A program made the position numbers and the translations under genes. The notes below the pieces were generated by a model that searched no databases, was not told the origin of the DNA, and was given only the letters and a program-made list of their open reading frames with translations. DNA of 64,000 nucleotides from Octopus sinensis. Taxonomy: Eukaryota. Numbering within the stretch: position 1 is the first letter of the stretch; every line of letters begins with the position of its first letter. Positions 10,816 through 21,334 of the stretch are shown in pieces. The stretch is from positions 79,298,001 to 79,362,000 of the forward strand of contig NC_043008.1 of assembly GCF_006345805.1 (NCBI RefSeq). Reading direction: 5' to 3'.

Positions 10816-13205
10816 TGCTCCTACTGAACATCAGAGGACTGCAAACACTCAGTAACAGGACAAAAATCCCGTTCTTGAGAGACTTTGTTGCATGCAATCA
10901 AGCCTTATGCATAGCACTTACGGAAATGCACCTGAAACCGGACATAGCAGATGCGGAATTACACATACCACAGTATGTTGTACTACGGACCGACAGAAAA
11001 GAAAGGAGTCATGGAGGAGTTGCTATGTACATCCGTGAGGACCTCACACCCCAGGTCCTTTTGTCATACTCAAACTCGGTGTGTGACACACTAATTGTAC
11101 ATATAAGGCAACTTGATGTAGTTGTGTGTGCTACATATCGCCCTCCAGATGCCCCAAGCCATGTAGGCAAGTTTGAAGACTGCCTTATAAAAATAGAAGT
11201 TCTAATCACATTAGAACAACACATAAGTGTACTTCTTATGGGAGACTTCAATCTACCAAATGTCAGATGGCCCGAGGGTCTTTCTCTCCCAGGAATGACA
11301 AGATGTGAACGAGGACAGGCGAGGTCCCTCCTGAACCTCATCAACACCCTGTACATGGAGCAAGTAGTACTCCAACCAACCAGGGCAGGTAACACACTGG
11401 ATCTCTGCTTCACAAATAATATGGATCTCATCCATAATGTGAAAGTGACACCGACACTACTCTCGGATCACAACATGGTAGAGCTGACCATGTACGGGCC
11501 AAATGAAAGCATGAACATGCAGCCTACAAGAAACCCTCAGAATCTTTCCAGCTTGAACTTCCATAAGGCAAACTGGAAACAAATTGAGAAAGAGATCCTC
11601 AAACAAAACTGGCCTGAATGTCTCTCCTTGCCAGACATCGACGTGAAACTTCAACAATTCATGTCTGTAATGCAAGCCATATGCTACAAATGTGTCCCAG
11701 AGAGAAAGGCCACTGTACACAAGAACAAAATCCCCAGAGAGAGGAAAATTTTAATGAGACGGCGTACAAAAATTTCAAATCGCCTAAACAAACAAATTGA
11801 AAGCAGTGAAAAGTTCCGCCTGAAAATAAAACTGTTGGAAATTGAAAAATGTCTGCAACTCTCCCATGAAAAGGAAAGAGCAGAGAAAGAAGCCTGGGCT
11901 ATAGACAACATAAAATCTAACCCCAGAGCTTTCTACAGGTATGCCAAAGAAACAGCTATGGTGCACTGTAGGATAGGGCCACTCCTTGAAAAGGATGGCA
12001 CACTCACAGGAAAATCAATGAGGGTAAGTGAAATACTGAATGAGCAATTCAAGAGTGTTTTCACTCCACCCCTTGGGCATTTCCAAATCACCAATCCAAC
12101 TGACTTCTTCACCACTGCAGATATAAAATCAGAGGCGGCGACGATAGATTACATCGATATAAAGGAAGATGATGTAATAAAGGCTATAGATGAAATGAAA
12201 ACAGACTCAGCTACTGGCCCCGATGGATTCCCGGCAATCCTCCTAAAAGTATGTAAGAGAGTCCTAGCAAGACCACTGCAGTTCCTCTTTCAGAGCTTCC
12301 TTGCAGCTGGCAAACTTCCAAGAAAACTGAAGGAAGGTAAAATATGCCCTATTCATAAAGGAGGTAGCAGAGCGGAGGCCAAGAACTACAGACCTATCTC
12401 TCTGACCTCACACATCAGCAAGGTCATGGAACGAATAGTCAGAAGGAAACTGATCACCTTCCTTGAAGAAAATGACTTGCTGCCTGACACCCAACATGGT
12501 TTCCGACCAGGAAGAAGCTGCTTAACTCAGCTCCTACAACACTATGACTGGGTGCTGAAACGACTGCTCAACCACTCAAATGTGGAAGTGATATATCGTG
12601 ACTTTGCAAAGGCCTTTGATAAAGTCGATCATGGAATGATATGTCACAAACTGCGTGATCTTAGCATAGTTGGAAAACTGGGAGAATGGCTTCATGACTT
12701 TCTGAAAGATAGAAGTCAGGTGGTAGTGAGCGGTGTTCCGCAGGGCACTGTTTTGGGACCACTACAGTTCATAATGGCCCTCTCAGACATGCCCTCAGCC
12801 ACGCAGAGAGCCACGATCACAAGTTATGCAGATGATACAAAAGTTTCACAGGCAATACAGAACCCTGAGGACACTAAACAGCTGCAATGTGAGCTGGACA
12901 AAATATACAAGTGGGCTGAAAAGAATAGCATGCAGTTCAATGCTGAAAAGTTTCAAGCTTTATACTATCAGCATGCAAAACTAAATGCAATACCCAATGA
13001 ATACACTGGACCCAGAGGAATTGCAATCCCAGAGGCACAATCAGTGCGTGACCTGGGTATTTACATGAGTGATGCCGCAACCTTTTGTGTACATGTTGCT
13101 AAATTGGCAATGAAATGTAGACGACTGGCCGGATGGATTCTCAGAACCTTTAGAACAAGAAACCATGATGGTCCTCTGGAGGACACTTGTCCTAAGCCAC
13201 TTTGA
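10815..13205 (+). CDS. LINE ORF2 endonuclease/reverse transcriptase, open to a frameshift at about 13165; C-terminus continues in other frames to about 13729
   Basis: ORF 10671..13205; LLLNIRGL, MGDFNLP, SDHN, NYRPISLTS, QHGFRPGRSC, GVPQGTVLGP, YADDTK. Confidence 0.85.
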   Translation: MLLLNIRGLQTLSNRTKIPFLRDFVACNQALCIALTEMHLKPDIADAELHIPQYVVLRTDRKERSHGGVAMYIREDLTPQVLLSYSNSVCDTLIVHIRQLDVVVCATYRPPDAPSHVGKFEDCLIKIEVLITLEQHISVLLMGDFNLPNVRWPEGLSLPGMTRCERGQARSLLNLINTLYMEQVVLQPTRAGNTLDLCFTNNMDLIHNVKVTPTLLSDHNMVELTMYGPNESMNMQPTRNPQNLSSLNFHKANWKQIEKEILKQNWPECLSLPDIDVKLQQFMSVMQAICYKCVPERKATVHKNKIPRERKILMRRRTKISNRLNKQIESSEKFRLKIKLLEIEKCLQLSHEKERAEKEAWAIDNIKSNPRAFYRYAKETAMVHCRIGPLLEKDGTLTGKSMRVSEILNEQFKSVFTPPLGHFQITNPTDFFTTADIKSEAATIDYIDIKEDDVIKAIDEMKTDSATGPDGFPAILLKVCKRVLARPLQFLFQSFLAAGKLPRKLKEGKICPIHKGGSRAEAKNYRPISLTSHISKVMERIVRRKLITFLEENDLLPDTQHGFRPGRSCLTQLLQHYDWVLKRLLNHSNVEVIYRDFAKAFDKVDHGMICHKLRDLSIVGKLGEWLHDFLKDRSQVVVSGVPQGTVLGPLQFIMALSDMPSATQRATITSYADDTKVSQAIQNPEDTKQLQCELDKIYKWAEKNSMQFNAEKFQALYYQHAKLNAIPNEYTGPRGIAIPEAQSVRDLGIYMSDAATFCVHVAKLAMKCRRLAGWILRTFRTRNHDGPLEDTCPKPL

Positions 13206-13806
13206 CAATTGCTCTCAGCTATGGTCACCATCCAGTGTCAAGTTGATCACAGAACTTGAGGCAATCCAACGTAGCTACACGAAGAAGATAGCCTCTGTGC
13301 AGAATATAAGCTACTGGGAAAGACTCAAGAGATTAAAACTCTATTCTTTGGAGCATAGGCGAGAAAGATATGCCATAATATACATCTGGAAGATCCTGGG
13401 GGGGACTTGTCCCAAACTTTGGCATCGAGAGTTACACAAATGCCAGAACTGGGCGCCACTGCGCGGTGCCAAGGACTCCAAATTTGCCATCAAGATGTAG
13501 GACAAGATACTGTGATAGCCTGGGCTTCCGAGGCCCACAGCTCTTCAATATCCTCCCGAAGAACCTAAGAGACCTGCATGGGGTGGATGCGGATGTCTTT
13601 AAAATGAAACTGGATCTCTTCTTGTCAGGTATCCCAGATGAACCAACTTCACAGCAGGAGGTGCAGATGAGGGCAGCTGCATCGAACTCTCTCATGCACC
13701 AAATGGCAGTTGCTAAAAAGCATTCGTGAAGTAAAACCATGTAGCAACACCAAATGGCGGTGCCACAGCTCGTGAGCTGAAACTAGAATCAATCAATCAA
13801 TCATAT

Positions 13807-13868
<62 letters not shown>

Positions 13869-13884
13869 CATATAATACATATAT

Positions 13885-14447
13885 GACACCGCTAGAAAAA
13901 AATCCCATTTTCCGTAGCGGTGTCGTATGAAATTGTCACCCATAATTATAACCCTAGTATCGATGTATTGCATTTCAATCTATTTTAGATTTAGGGTTAG
14001 GGGAAGGGTATCTTTTTTCTTCACAAATGTAAATAAACCCAATCCGTTTCTTAAACGAGGGACATATTCATACAGCACGGAATGTTTTCACCCCAAAGGG
14101 AGGTCAGCGGTTAAAATTGCCGAAATGCTCGAAATTAAAGACGAAATGTTACAACATATAGAATTTTCTCAATAAAGCCAAGAAAAAATGATGTTTTATA
14201 AAGCCATTGTACCAGTATACGAAGTTTAAAAGTGTTTAGTTAACTAGAAATTGTGTTGAAAAGTGCCGTTCAAAAGGAAAAGATCCAATTATGCCAGCAA
14301 TATCTCAATTTAAACTTGAAGGAAAAAAGCCTTGCATATTTGTTTTTACCTGTTGCATGTATGCATGTAAAATCCGCAAATTTCCAAGCAGAAAACAGAA
14401 TCGAACTGTCATTTTAATCCCGAGCAAGGCCAGGTATCTCTGCTAGT
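13885..14447 (+). mobile_element. Non-autonomous Helitron-like element, 3' part
   Basis: Ends CCCGAGCAAGGCCAGG-TATCTCTG-CTAG|T (subterminal hairpin plus CTAG), similar to the terminus at 20409. Confidence 0.6.
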
Positions 14448-14529
14448 TTATACATAAAAATAGGGATGGGGCGTTGAGGGTATTATGTGGCCATGACGCG
14501 TGGAGGGGAGCAATTTTAGAACGTCTGAG

Positions 14530-16170
14530 GTAGAGCGACTACAGAGTAATGTAGAATTAGAAAAGCGAACCTATTCTTGCACCGAAATTACTGGTAAAAA
14601 TCATTAATTAAATAGAATTTATCAGACTTTCACATCAGAATAAAAGTGTTGAATCAGTAGATGATAAAATACACAAATAAGTAACGGTATAATCGACTTA
14701 ATTAATCCTTTTGTCTGTCCTTGTTTGTCCCCTCTATGTTTAGTCCCCTGTGGGCAATGAAGAAATAAATACACAATACAATGGTAACTTTCTTTTTAAA
14801 AGTTTTGTTTTGAAAACAAAACATATACATGAAGATATTACTGAAAGTTAAAACAAAGACGAAATACAAAGATAAGGTTAATTACATAGGTAACGCAATT
14901 AATGTGAAAATAGTTAAAATAATAATAATAAATTAAAAAATATGATCCAAAATAGCTGAAATTACTAACAATTTTGGGGAGTTTAGAACAGAAAACATCC
15001 ATTGCTTCGACTCGTTCCTTGGGAGAATGCAGAGGATCTTCGAGGATGAAACACCGCCTCTAACTACCGCAACTGCAAAACGATACTCTTCTATCCACGT
15101 GTAATATCTACAAATTGACTTGCATAAGAGCCGTTTAAGAAACGGTCGTTAGTCCCATGAATATAAAAAAAAATAATAGACAACATTCTAAAAACTCAAC
15201 AAAAGTAACCAGTAAAAAAATGAGGATAAGAAACAAAAAGAAAAGAAATAAGATACAAAATTAAAATGGAAGCCTATAACTTCCTGTCAATACAATAGGC
15301 GGCAAGCTGGTAGAATCGTTAGCACGCAGAGTGAAAAGCTTGGCGGTATAATCGACTTAATCCCTTTGTCTGTCCTTGTTTGTCCCCTCTATGTTTAGCC
15401 CCTGTGGGCAATGAAGAAATAAATACACAATACATTAAGCGGCGAGCTGGCAGAAACGTTAGCACGCCGAGTGAAATGCTTAGCGGTACTTCGTCTGTAT
15501 TTATGTTCTGAGTTCAAATTCCACCGAGGTCGACTTTACCTTTCATCCTTTCGGGGTCGATAAATTAAGTACCAGTTGCGTACTGATGTAGATCTAATCG
15601 ACTGCCCCCCCCCTCCCCAGAAATTTCAGGCATTGTGCCTATAGTAGAAAAGCATACAATATTCCGGCGGAGGTAAAGAATACGTACACCACCCGTTTTC
15701 GGCGTAACAAAAACAAATACTCTAATCCTAACTCCTAAACACCCAATGTACATATTCTTTACTTTCGCCCAATATTCCCCTGCTCGTTTTAAAGACTAGC
15801 GAGCTTTTTGAGGTAGTTGTGGTTATTAGCATGTAGAGTGACCACAGAGTAATGTAGAAATAGAAAAGCGAACCTATTCTTGCACCGAAATTATGGATAA
15901 AAATCATTAATTATACAGATTTTATCAGACTTTTACATCAAAATAAAAGTGTCGAGTTAGTAGTCGATAAAATACACAAACAAATAACGAAATGCAAAGG
16001 TAACTTTCTTCTTAAGAGTTTTTTGTTATTGTTTTGTTTTGAAAACAAAACAAATACATGAAGGTATTACTGCAAGTTAAAACAAAGACGGAACAGAAAG
16101 ACGAGGTCAATTACATAGGTAACGCAATTAATGTGAAAATAGTTAAGAAATAGTTATAATAATAAATTTA
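14530..16170 (+). repeat. Diverged direct repeat pair of about 330-400 bp (14530-14940 and 15835-16170)
   Basis: Shared CAGAGTAATGTAGAA.TAGAAAAGCGAACCTATTCTTGCACCGAAATTA ... CAATTAATGTGAAAATAGTTAA; first copy carries an extra SINE-tail segment. Confidence 0.85.
15297..15655 (+). mobile_element. Two adjacent tRNA-derived SINEs (15297-15435 internally deleted; 15437-15655 near complete)
   Basis: Head GGCGGCGAGCTGGCAGAA (A-box-like), GAGTTCAAATTCC (B-box), core GAGGTCGACTTT.CCTTTCATCCTTTCGGGGTCGATAAA; degenerate copies at 47334 and 48703. Confidence 0.8.
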
Positions 16171-16289
16171 AAAATTGGGTTAATGTTTACAACTTGACCT
16201 GGAAACGAAAATTAGAAAAAATAGTACAACGGGTGTTTAAAAAATGTGTAGGAAATGAATATGAAAAAAAAAATGCGTGCAATGCAACG

Positions 16290-16940
16290 GGAGAGTGGGG
16301 AGAGGACCTCGGAAAATTCACAAGATCCGAGTTTTACCCTCATAACTTTTGGAAAATGGGGGGGTTTTCCACTAAAATTTTATATAAATACCTTTCAAAC
16401 AGCATACATTACGATTTTAAAGAAATTTGAAGGGAAAATATTTTCCAAGTGAGTGGGGAGAGGACTTCAGAAAATTCACAAGCTCCGAGTTTTTCCCTTG
16501 TAACTATTAGGAAAATGTGCTTTTTCTTTATTGAAATTTTATATAGATGCCTCTCAAACGGCATACATTAAGTAATTTGTGGGTAAAATCTTGAGGTGGG
16601 GAGAGGACTTTCGGAAAATTCCCAAGATCCGAATTTTTTCTCGTTATATTCCTAATTACATTCAACTTTCTACAGATACCCTAGCGTAGTACTACTACAC
16701 AACGTAGTGTTTATTTCTACCCACTTTCAATAATTTTTAATGTTTTGGCTTCAATTTTGTTTCATTGGTCAGTATAAAGACCTTCACCTGGGAACAAAAG
16801 AAAAATTAACCAGCCTGTTAATTTTAAGGGGGTTAACAAGTATATGGAAAACGAATATGAAAAAAAAAATGCGCGCTGACGACACTGGGGGTGGAGAAGG
16901 GACTTTCGGAAAATTCACAAGATCCGATTTTTCCGACATT
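16290..16940 (+). repeat. Four degenerate copies of a motif GAGAGGAC..CGGAAAATTCACAAGATCCGA
   Basis: Copies near 16297, 16455, 16600 and 16895. Confidence 0.75.
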
Positions 16941-19329
16941 ACTTCAGGTAAAATGGATACATATTGATTTTTTTTTTATGGATCCGATTCTTACCCCCCT
17001 GCTGTCACGTTCATGTTAGATTGACAGTCTACAACCATTCTATATATATATATATATACCCTCAGGCCTTCAAGCAGGTTATCCACATGCTAGAAATAAC
17101 AGCCAAATCTCACAAAACTGCGATAACACAATGTAATCAATCTATTCACCTTCCTGCAAATATTTCTTTCAGAGTAAGGAATATGACAAAGTAATTCATG
17201 TGAAATTAAAGGGTTTTTTAAAATTTTCTTTTTTAAATTTAAAAAATATGGAAATTAAGAATATGGAAAAAATAAACACAAATTCAAATTTTAATTTTAA
17301 ATTTTTTATGAAAAACTCCGACCCCAAATCTCCCAGCCATCCTGCTGTCTAAATGTGAAAAAAGAACGGTTGTTTTGAATGTGAAGCTCTCTCCACAAAA
17401 CTCGATATGCTAAAAATAACAGCTAAATGTTTGGAGAACTTTTGTGTTTGTGTGTGCATGCATGTGTGCAACAATATCTACAGCTTATCTGAATGAAGAG
17501 AGAAAAAAGTACACAAAATATATTTTACATACCTGTATATACGTTGGTTTTTCTTTTTTTCTGCTTTAAAGGTAAACAATTCTGATAAAAGCAATTACCT
17601 TACTGTCAATTCATTGGAGTAATCCCTACAAGTTTAGTCACATATGTTTGTGTTCTTCATTCCAAAATAATAAAATTGTAGTTTTTCAAATCTATCCTGC
17701 AATGTGGGATATTGTATATATATTATTTGTATATTGTATATATATTATATATATATTATTTGTATATTGTATATATATTATATCCAGTGATTTTAAGATT
17801 TTAATATTATACTTTTACTTGTCTTCACACACATACACAAACTCTAATGTGTTTCTTTTAGATGAATTATTTATCATTCTTTATCTCTTCACACACTTCG
17901 TTACCACTAATTTCTATAACCTCTGCATTTTCACTTATTCAGTTCAAATTTCTTTGAATTTTGAATCTAATGTAATCCACACTCTCTTGAAAATGTATTT
18001 CTGCAAAATGTTATCTAAAATTATGGGTAAAGGAAGAAACAGCAAAAACTATTTGAAAATGGGAAAGGGGTTGATATTTCCAAGAGTTCCACCCCACCCC
18101 TTTATTTTCCGCACAAAAATAAGGGGTTTGCAGCATATTAGAATGTCAGGGTACTTGATTCCATGCAAAAAATCTGATTTTTTTTACTTCTTAGTGAAAA
18201 TCATGTGGGTGAAAGGATCAAATAATACCTATTTTTCTCTCATTAAACACATTTTATGGAATGATAATGTCAAAGTAACACACACACAGTCAACTGGTGG
18301 GATATAAGTAACAAAAAAGAAAATGGTAATTTAAATTTTTACCCACACATCAATCAAGCAAGGCACTGTGTGTGTGTGTGTGTGTGTAAGAAAAATATTT
18401 TCTAACAGAAAAGTATGCAATTAAATTAATTATCTTTTATATCTCTTTTTTTAAAATCACTTTGGATAAATGCCAGCAATGCCCTTCTCAGGCTCTCCAA
18501 TATTCTAAATTATAAACAGAAACAATCAGGGACAGGAAGTGGGGTTGAAAACACTCATAAATTTTCAAATTTTGTTTTTTATAACATTAATGTGTTTATA
18601 GGAAGAAAAATATTGAAAAGCATCAATATATGCGACAGCGAGAAAGAAACTAGCCAATTCTCCCTTAAATCACACACTTTTTCTTCTGAAAATATTTGCA
18701 ATTCTTTTTTATTATTATTGTTTTTTACCAAAAAGGCTCCTTTTATGGTTTTTAAGTGCAAAAAAGAATTGGCCAAAATCGGTCTGGAGTGATGATAATG
18801 GGGTGGGAGTAAAAAAATAGTTCCAAAACATTTTTTGCATAAAAAGATGTCTCCTATCATTTCGAAGGCTGTGGGGAAAAAAATTGAAAAAATTGCCGTC
18901 AAAATGGAGAAATTCAATTTATGTGGTCTTCTTAATTCAAAACTCCTCTTCCCACCCACTTCAAAAATTTCCCCTACTAATCTTTTTATAATCATAATCT
19001 ATGCTGTTTGAAAGGAATTTGTACAAACTTTCATCAAAAGATATCTATTTGCTTGAAAGATACGGGGGGGGGGGGGGGGTCGGATCATGTGAATTTTTCA
19101 AAACTCCTCTCCCTAACCCCTCGGAATCTAGTAAGGGTGCTACTATCAGCTCTTTCCACCTGTTAGAAATAGCAGTCAAATCTTATTCAAATTACACAAA
19201 ACAGAGAGAGGGGAGGGGAGAAACGGCATGAGTTATGGCCTTGAATGTGTATTTTAATAGAGTTAACATGTAGAGTGTGGACACTCAGGCAGTGCCCAAT
19301 TGACAGATGGCTCAGTCTGCCCCTGTTCT

Positions 19330-20030
19330 GAATGGTCTAAGAACCCAACTAGTTGGTCACCTGTGTATTATTACCTGCTTAGTAAATATGCACACTCATG
19401 TGAACTCCCAGATAATGCACTAACTCTGACTCCGGAACTGAAATACCCACTGGTTCTGTATATTTTGATTGCAGTCTGTTTGTTGGTTGATATTGGAGTG
19501 CTTGAAACTTGTCAGCATTGAACATCATATTGTTTTCTCACATGTATATTGCATTCAAATTATTTTGTAGTTTTGACGTGTCTTCAGAGTCCTTGATTAT
19601 TTGTGATACTTTTGTATCATCGACATAGATAGTGAAAGTGGCTGGCATATGACTGAAGGCATGTCTCAGAGAACAACTAAGAACAGTAGTTGCCCCAGTA
19701 CAGTTCCCTTAGGGACTTCACTGAGGATTGATGTCTCCTCAAAGTGAGAGAGTGAGACAGTACCATTGGCTTCAACTTCCTTACTCATATCTTCTAAAAA
19801 ATTGTGCAGCCCTTCTCCTAGCTTACAAACAATACCAATGTCTTGCATTTTGTTGCATATCATCCTGTAATCGACTTTGTTGAAGGCTTTGGCATAGTCA
19901 AGATATACCACATCCACATTTGAAGGATTGAATTATTGTTTCAATACTTAGTGTATCTGTAAGGAGCAACTCCCGTCTTGGACAAAGTCATGCTGCCTGT
20001 TAGTGAGCCAGCTGTTTTCTTCTCAGAACA
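19330..20030 (-). mobile_element. Older degraded CR1-group RT fragment
   Basis: DVVYLDYAKAFNKVD..MICNKM, EVPKGTVLGQLLFLV, and YVDDTK in an adjacent frame. Confidence 0.8.
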
Positions 20031-20040
20031 TATATATTTT

Positions 20041-20250
20041 CTTTTACTCTTTTACTTGTTTCAGTCATTTGAGTGTGGCCATGCTGGAGCACCACTTTTA
20101 GTTGAGCAAATTGACCCCAGGACTTATTCTTTGTAAGCCTAGTATGTACTCTATCAGTCACTTTTGCCAAACCGCTAAGTTACGGGGGACATAAACACAC
20201 CAGCATCAGTTGTCAAGCGATGTGGTGGGGGGACAAACACAGACACACAA
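20041..20250 (-). mobile_element. SINE 3' portion with CCAGCATGGCC..ATGACTGAAACAAGTAAAAGAGTAAAAG tail
   Basis: Same tail type at 39130-39180 on the plus strand. Confidence 0.75.
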
Positions 20251-20408
20251 ACATACACACACATACATACATATATATATAGCATAATTAAATCTCAGAA
20301 TGAGATTGAAACAGTAATCGCTCGATAATGTAAAGTATAGAAGCCATCTTATCCCCAATGTGGTTAGCCATGATAAGATGGCTTCTATACTTTATATATA
20401 TATATATA

Positions 20409-20807
20409 CTAGCAGTATCGCCCGGCGTTGCTCGGGTTTGTAAGGGAAATAACTATATAAGCATTTTTAGTGAGTTATAGCCAAATAAAAGCAAAAAACT
20501 GCATTAAAAATGGAATAAAAAAATGATGGTAATTTTTTTTTTAAATGGTTGACTCATCGTAGACATTTTTAGAGAGTTACTTCCCTTATATAATAGCGAA
20601 AAAATGCATTAAAATGGAAAAAATGATGGTAATTTTTTTTTTAAATCGTAGACTCATCGTAGACACATGCTAATACCCAGAAGGGCTCGATATGAATCAC
20701 AACTATAAGATACCCGGTTTTGGTTAAACTGCACCGCAAAATGTGGGAGTAGTTAGGAATCTAAATCGTAGGAGACAGACACACAACTTCACTTTTATAT
20801 ATAAAGA
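20409..20807 (-). mobile_element. Complete non-autonomous Helitron (about 400 bp)
   Basis: Minus strand A|TCTTTATATATAAAAGTGAAGTTGTG ... CCCGAGCAACGCCGGG-CGATACTG-CTAG|T: 5' TC, 3' hairpin plus CTAG, A|T target, no TSD. Confidence 0.85.
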
Positions 20808-20879
20808 TTTGTGCAACAACTAAAACATTCGGTTGTGCAAATTGGTTGCACAGGAAACCTGCCCTGTGTGGCGGTTTTT

Positions 20880-21313
20880 ACCATTTTTGTGGATCTGTTT
20901 CAGCTTTTTTAGCGCTTTCTGTTTTGGCGACTTCAAGCCATGAAGTCGTTGTTCTAAAAGAACGCTGGTCTCCTTGACAACGCTTTACGACGTTGATTTC
21001 CTTACACTCCCTTCCCCACAGCTTCACGAGGGAGGGAAGAAGGGGGAGAAGCAACACAGGTGCAGGTGTGAGCATGGATGCCAACTCTGCCGCCAATTAA
21101 AAAAATATGCGTTAAAATGGAAAAAAATGATATTAAATTATTTTTTAAATCGTAGACTCATCATAGACATGCGCTAATACTCAGACGGGCTTGATATGAA
21201 TCACGACTATAAGATACCCGAATTTGGTTAAACTGCACCGCAAAATGTGGGAGTAGTTAGGAATCTAAATCGAAGGGGACAGACACTCACACAACTACAG
21301 TTTTATATATATA
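20880..21313 (-). mobile_element. Second, partial copy of the same Helitron family lacking the CTAG end
   Basis: 21100-21312 matches 20600-20805 (GGTTAAACTGCACCGCAAAATGTGGGAGTAGTTAGGAATCTAAATCG). Confidence 0.75.
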
Positions 21314-21334
21314 GGAGAGAGAGTTGGTTGGATG

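Larger units (their letters stand above)
9380..13803 (+). mobile_element. Near full-length CR1-group LINE, subfamily B
   Basis: CT-rich leader, ORF1 (9945-10815), ORF2 with EN and RT (YADD), conserved 3' end GAGCTGAAACTAG plus (ATCA)n tail. Confidence 0.92.

Noticed and set aside
13991-14002. Telomeric TTAGGG repeat
   Set aside because: Only two units, inside a Helitron-like element.
15437-15530. tRNA gene
   Set aside because: It has A/B-box-like motifs but no cloverleaf and continues into a SINE core and tail.
17648-18307. 219-aa ORF
   Set aside because: Very AT-rich, low-complexity, alternative start codon, no recognisable motif.
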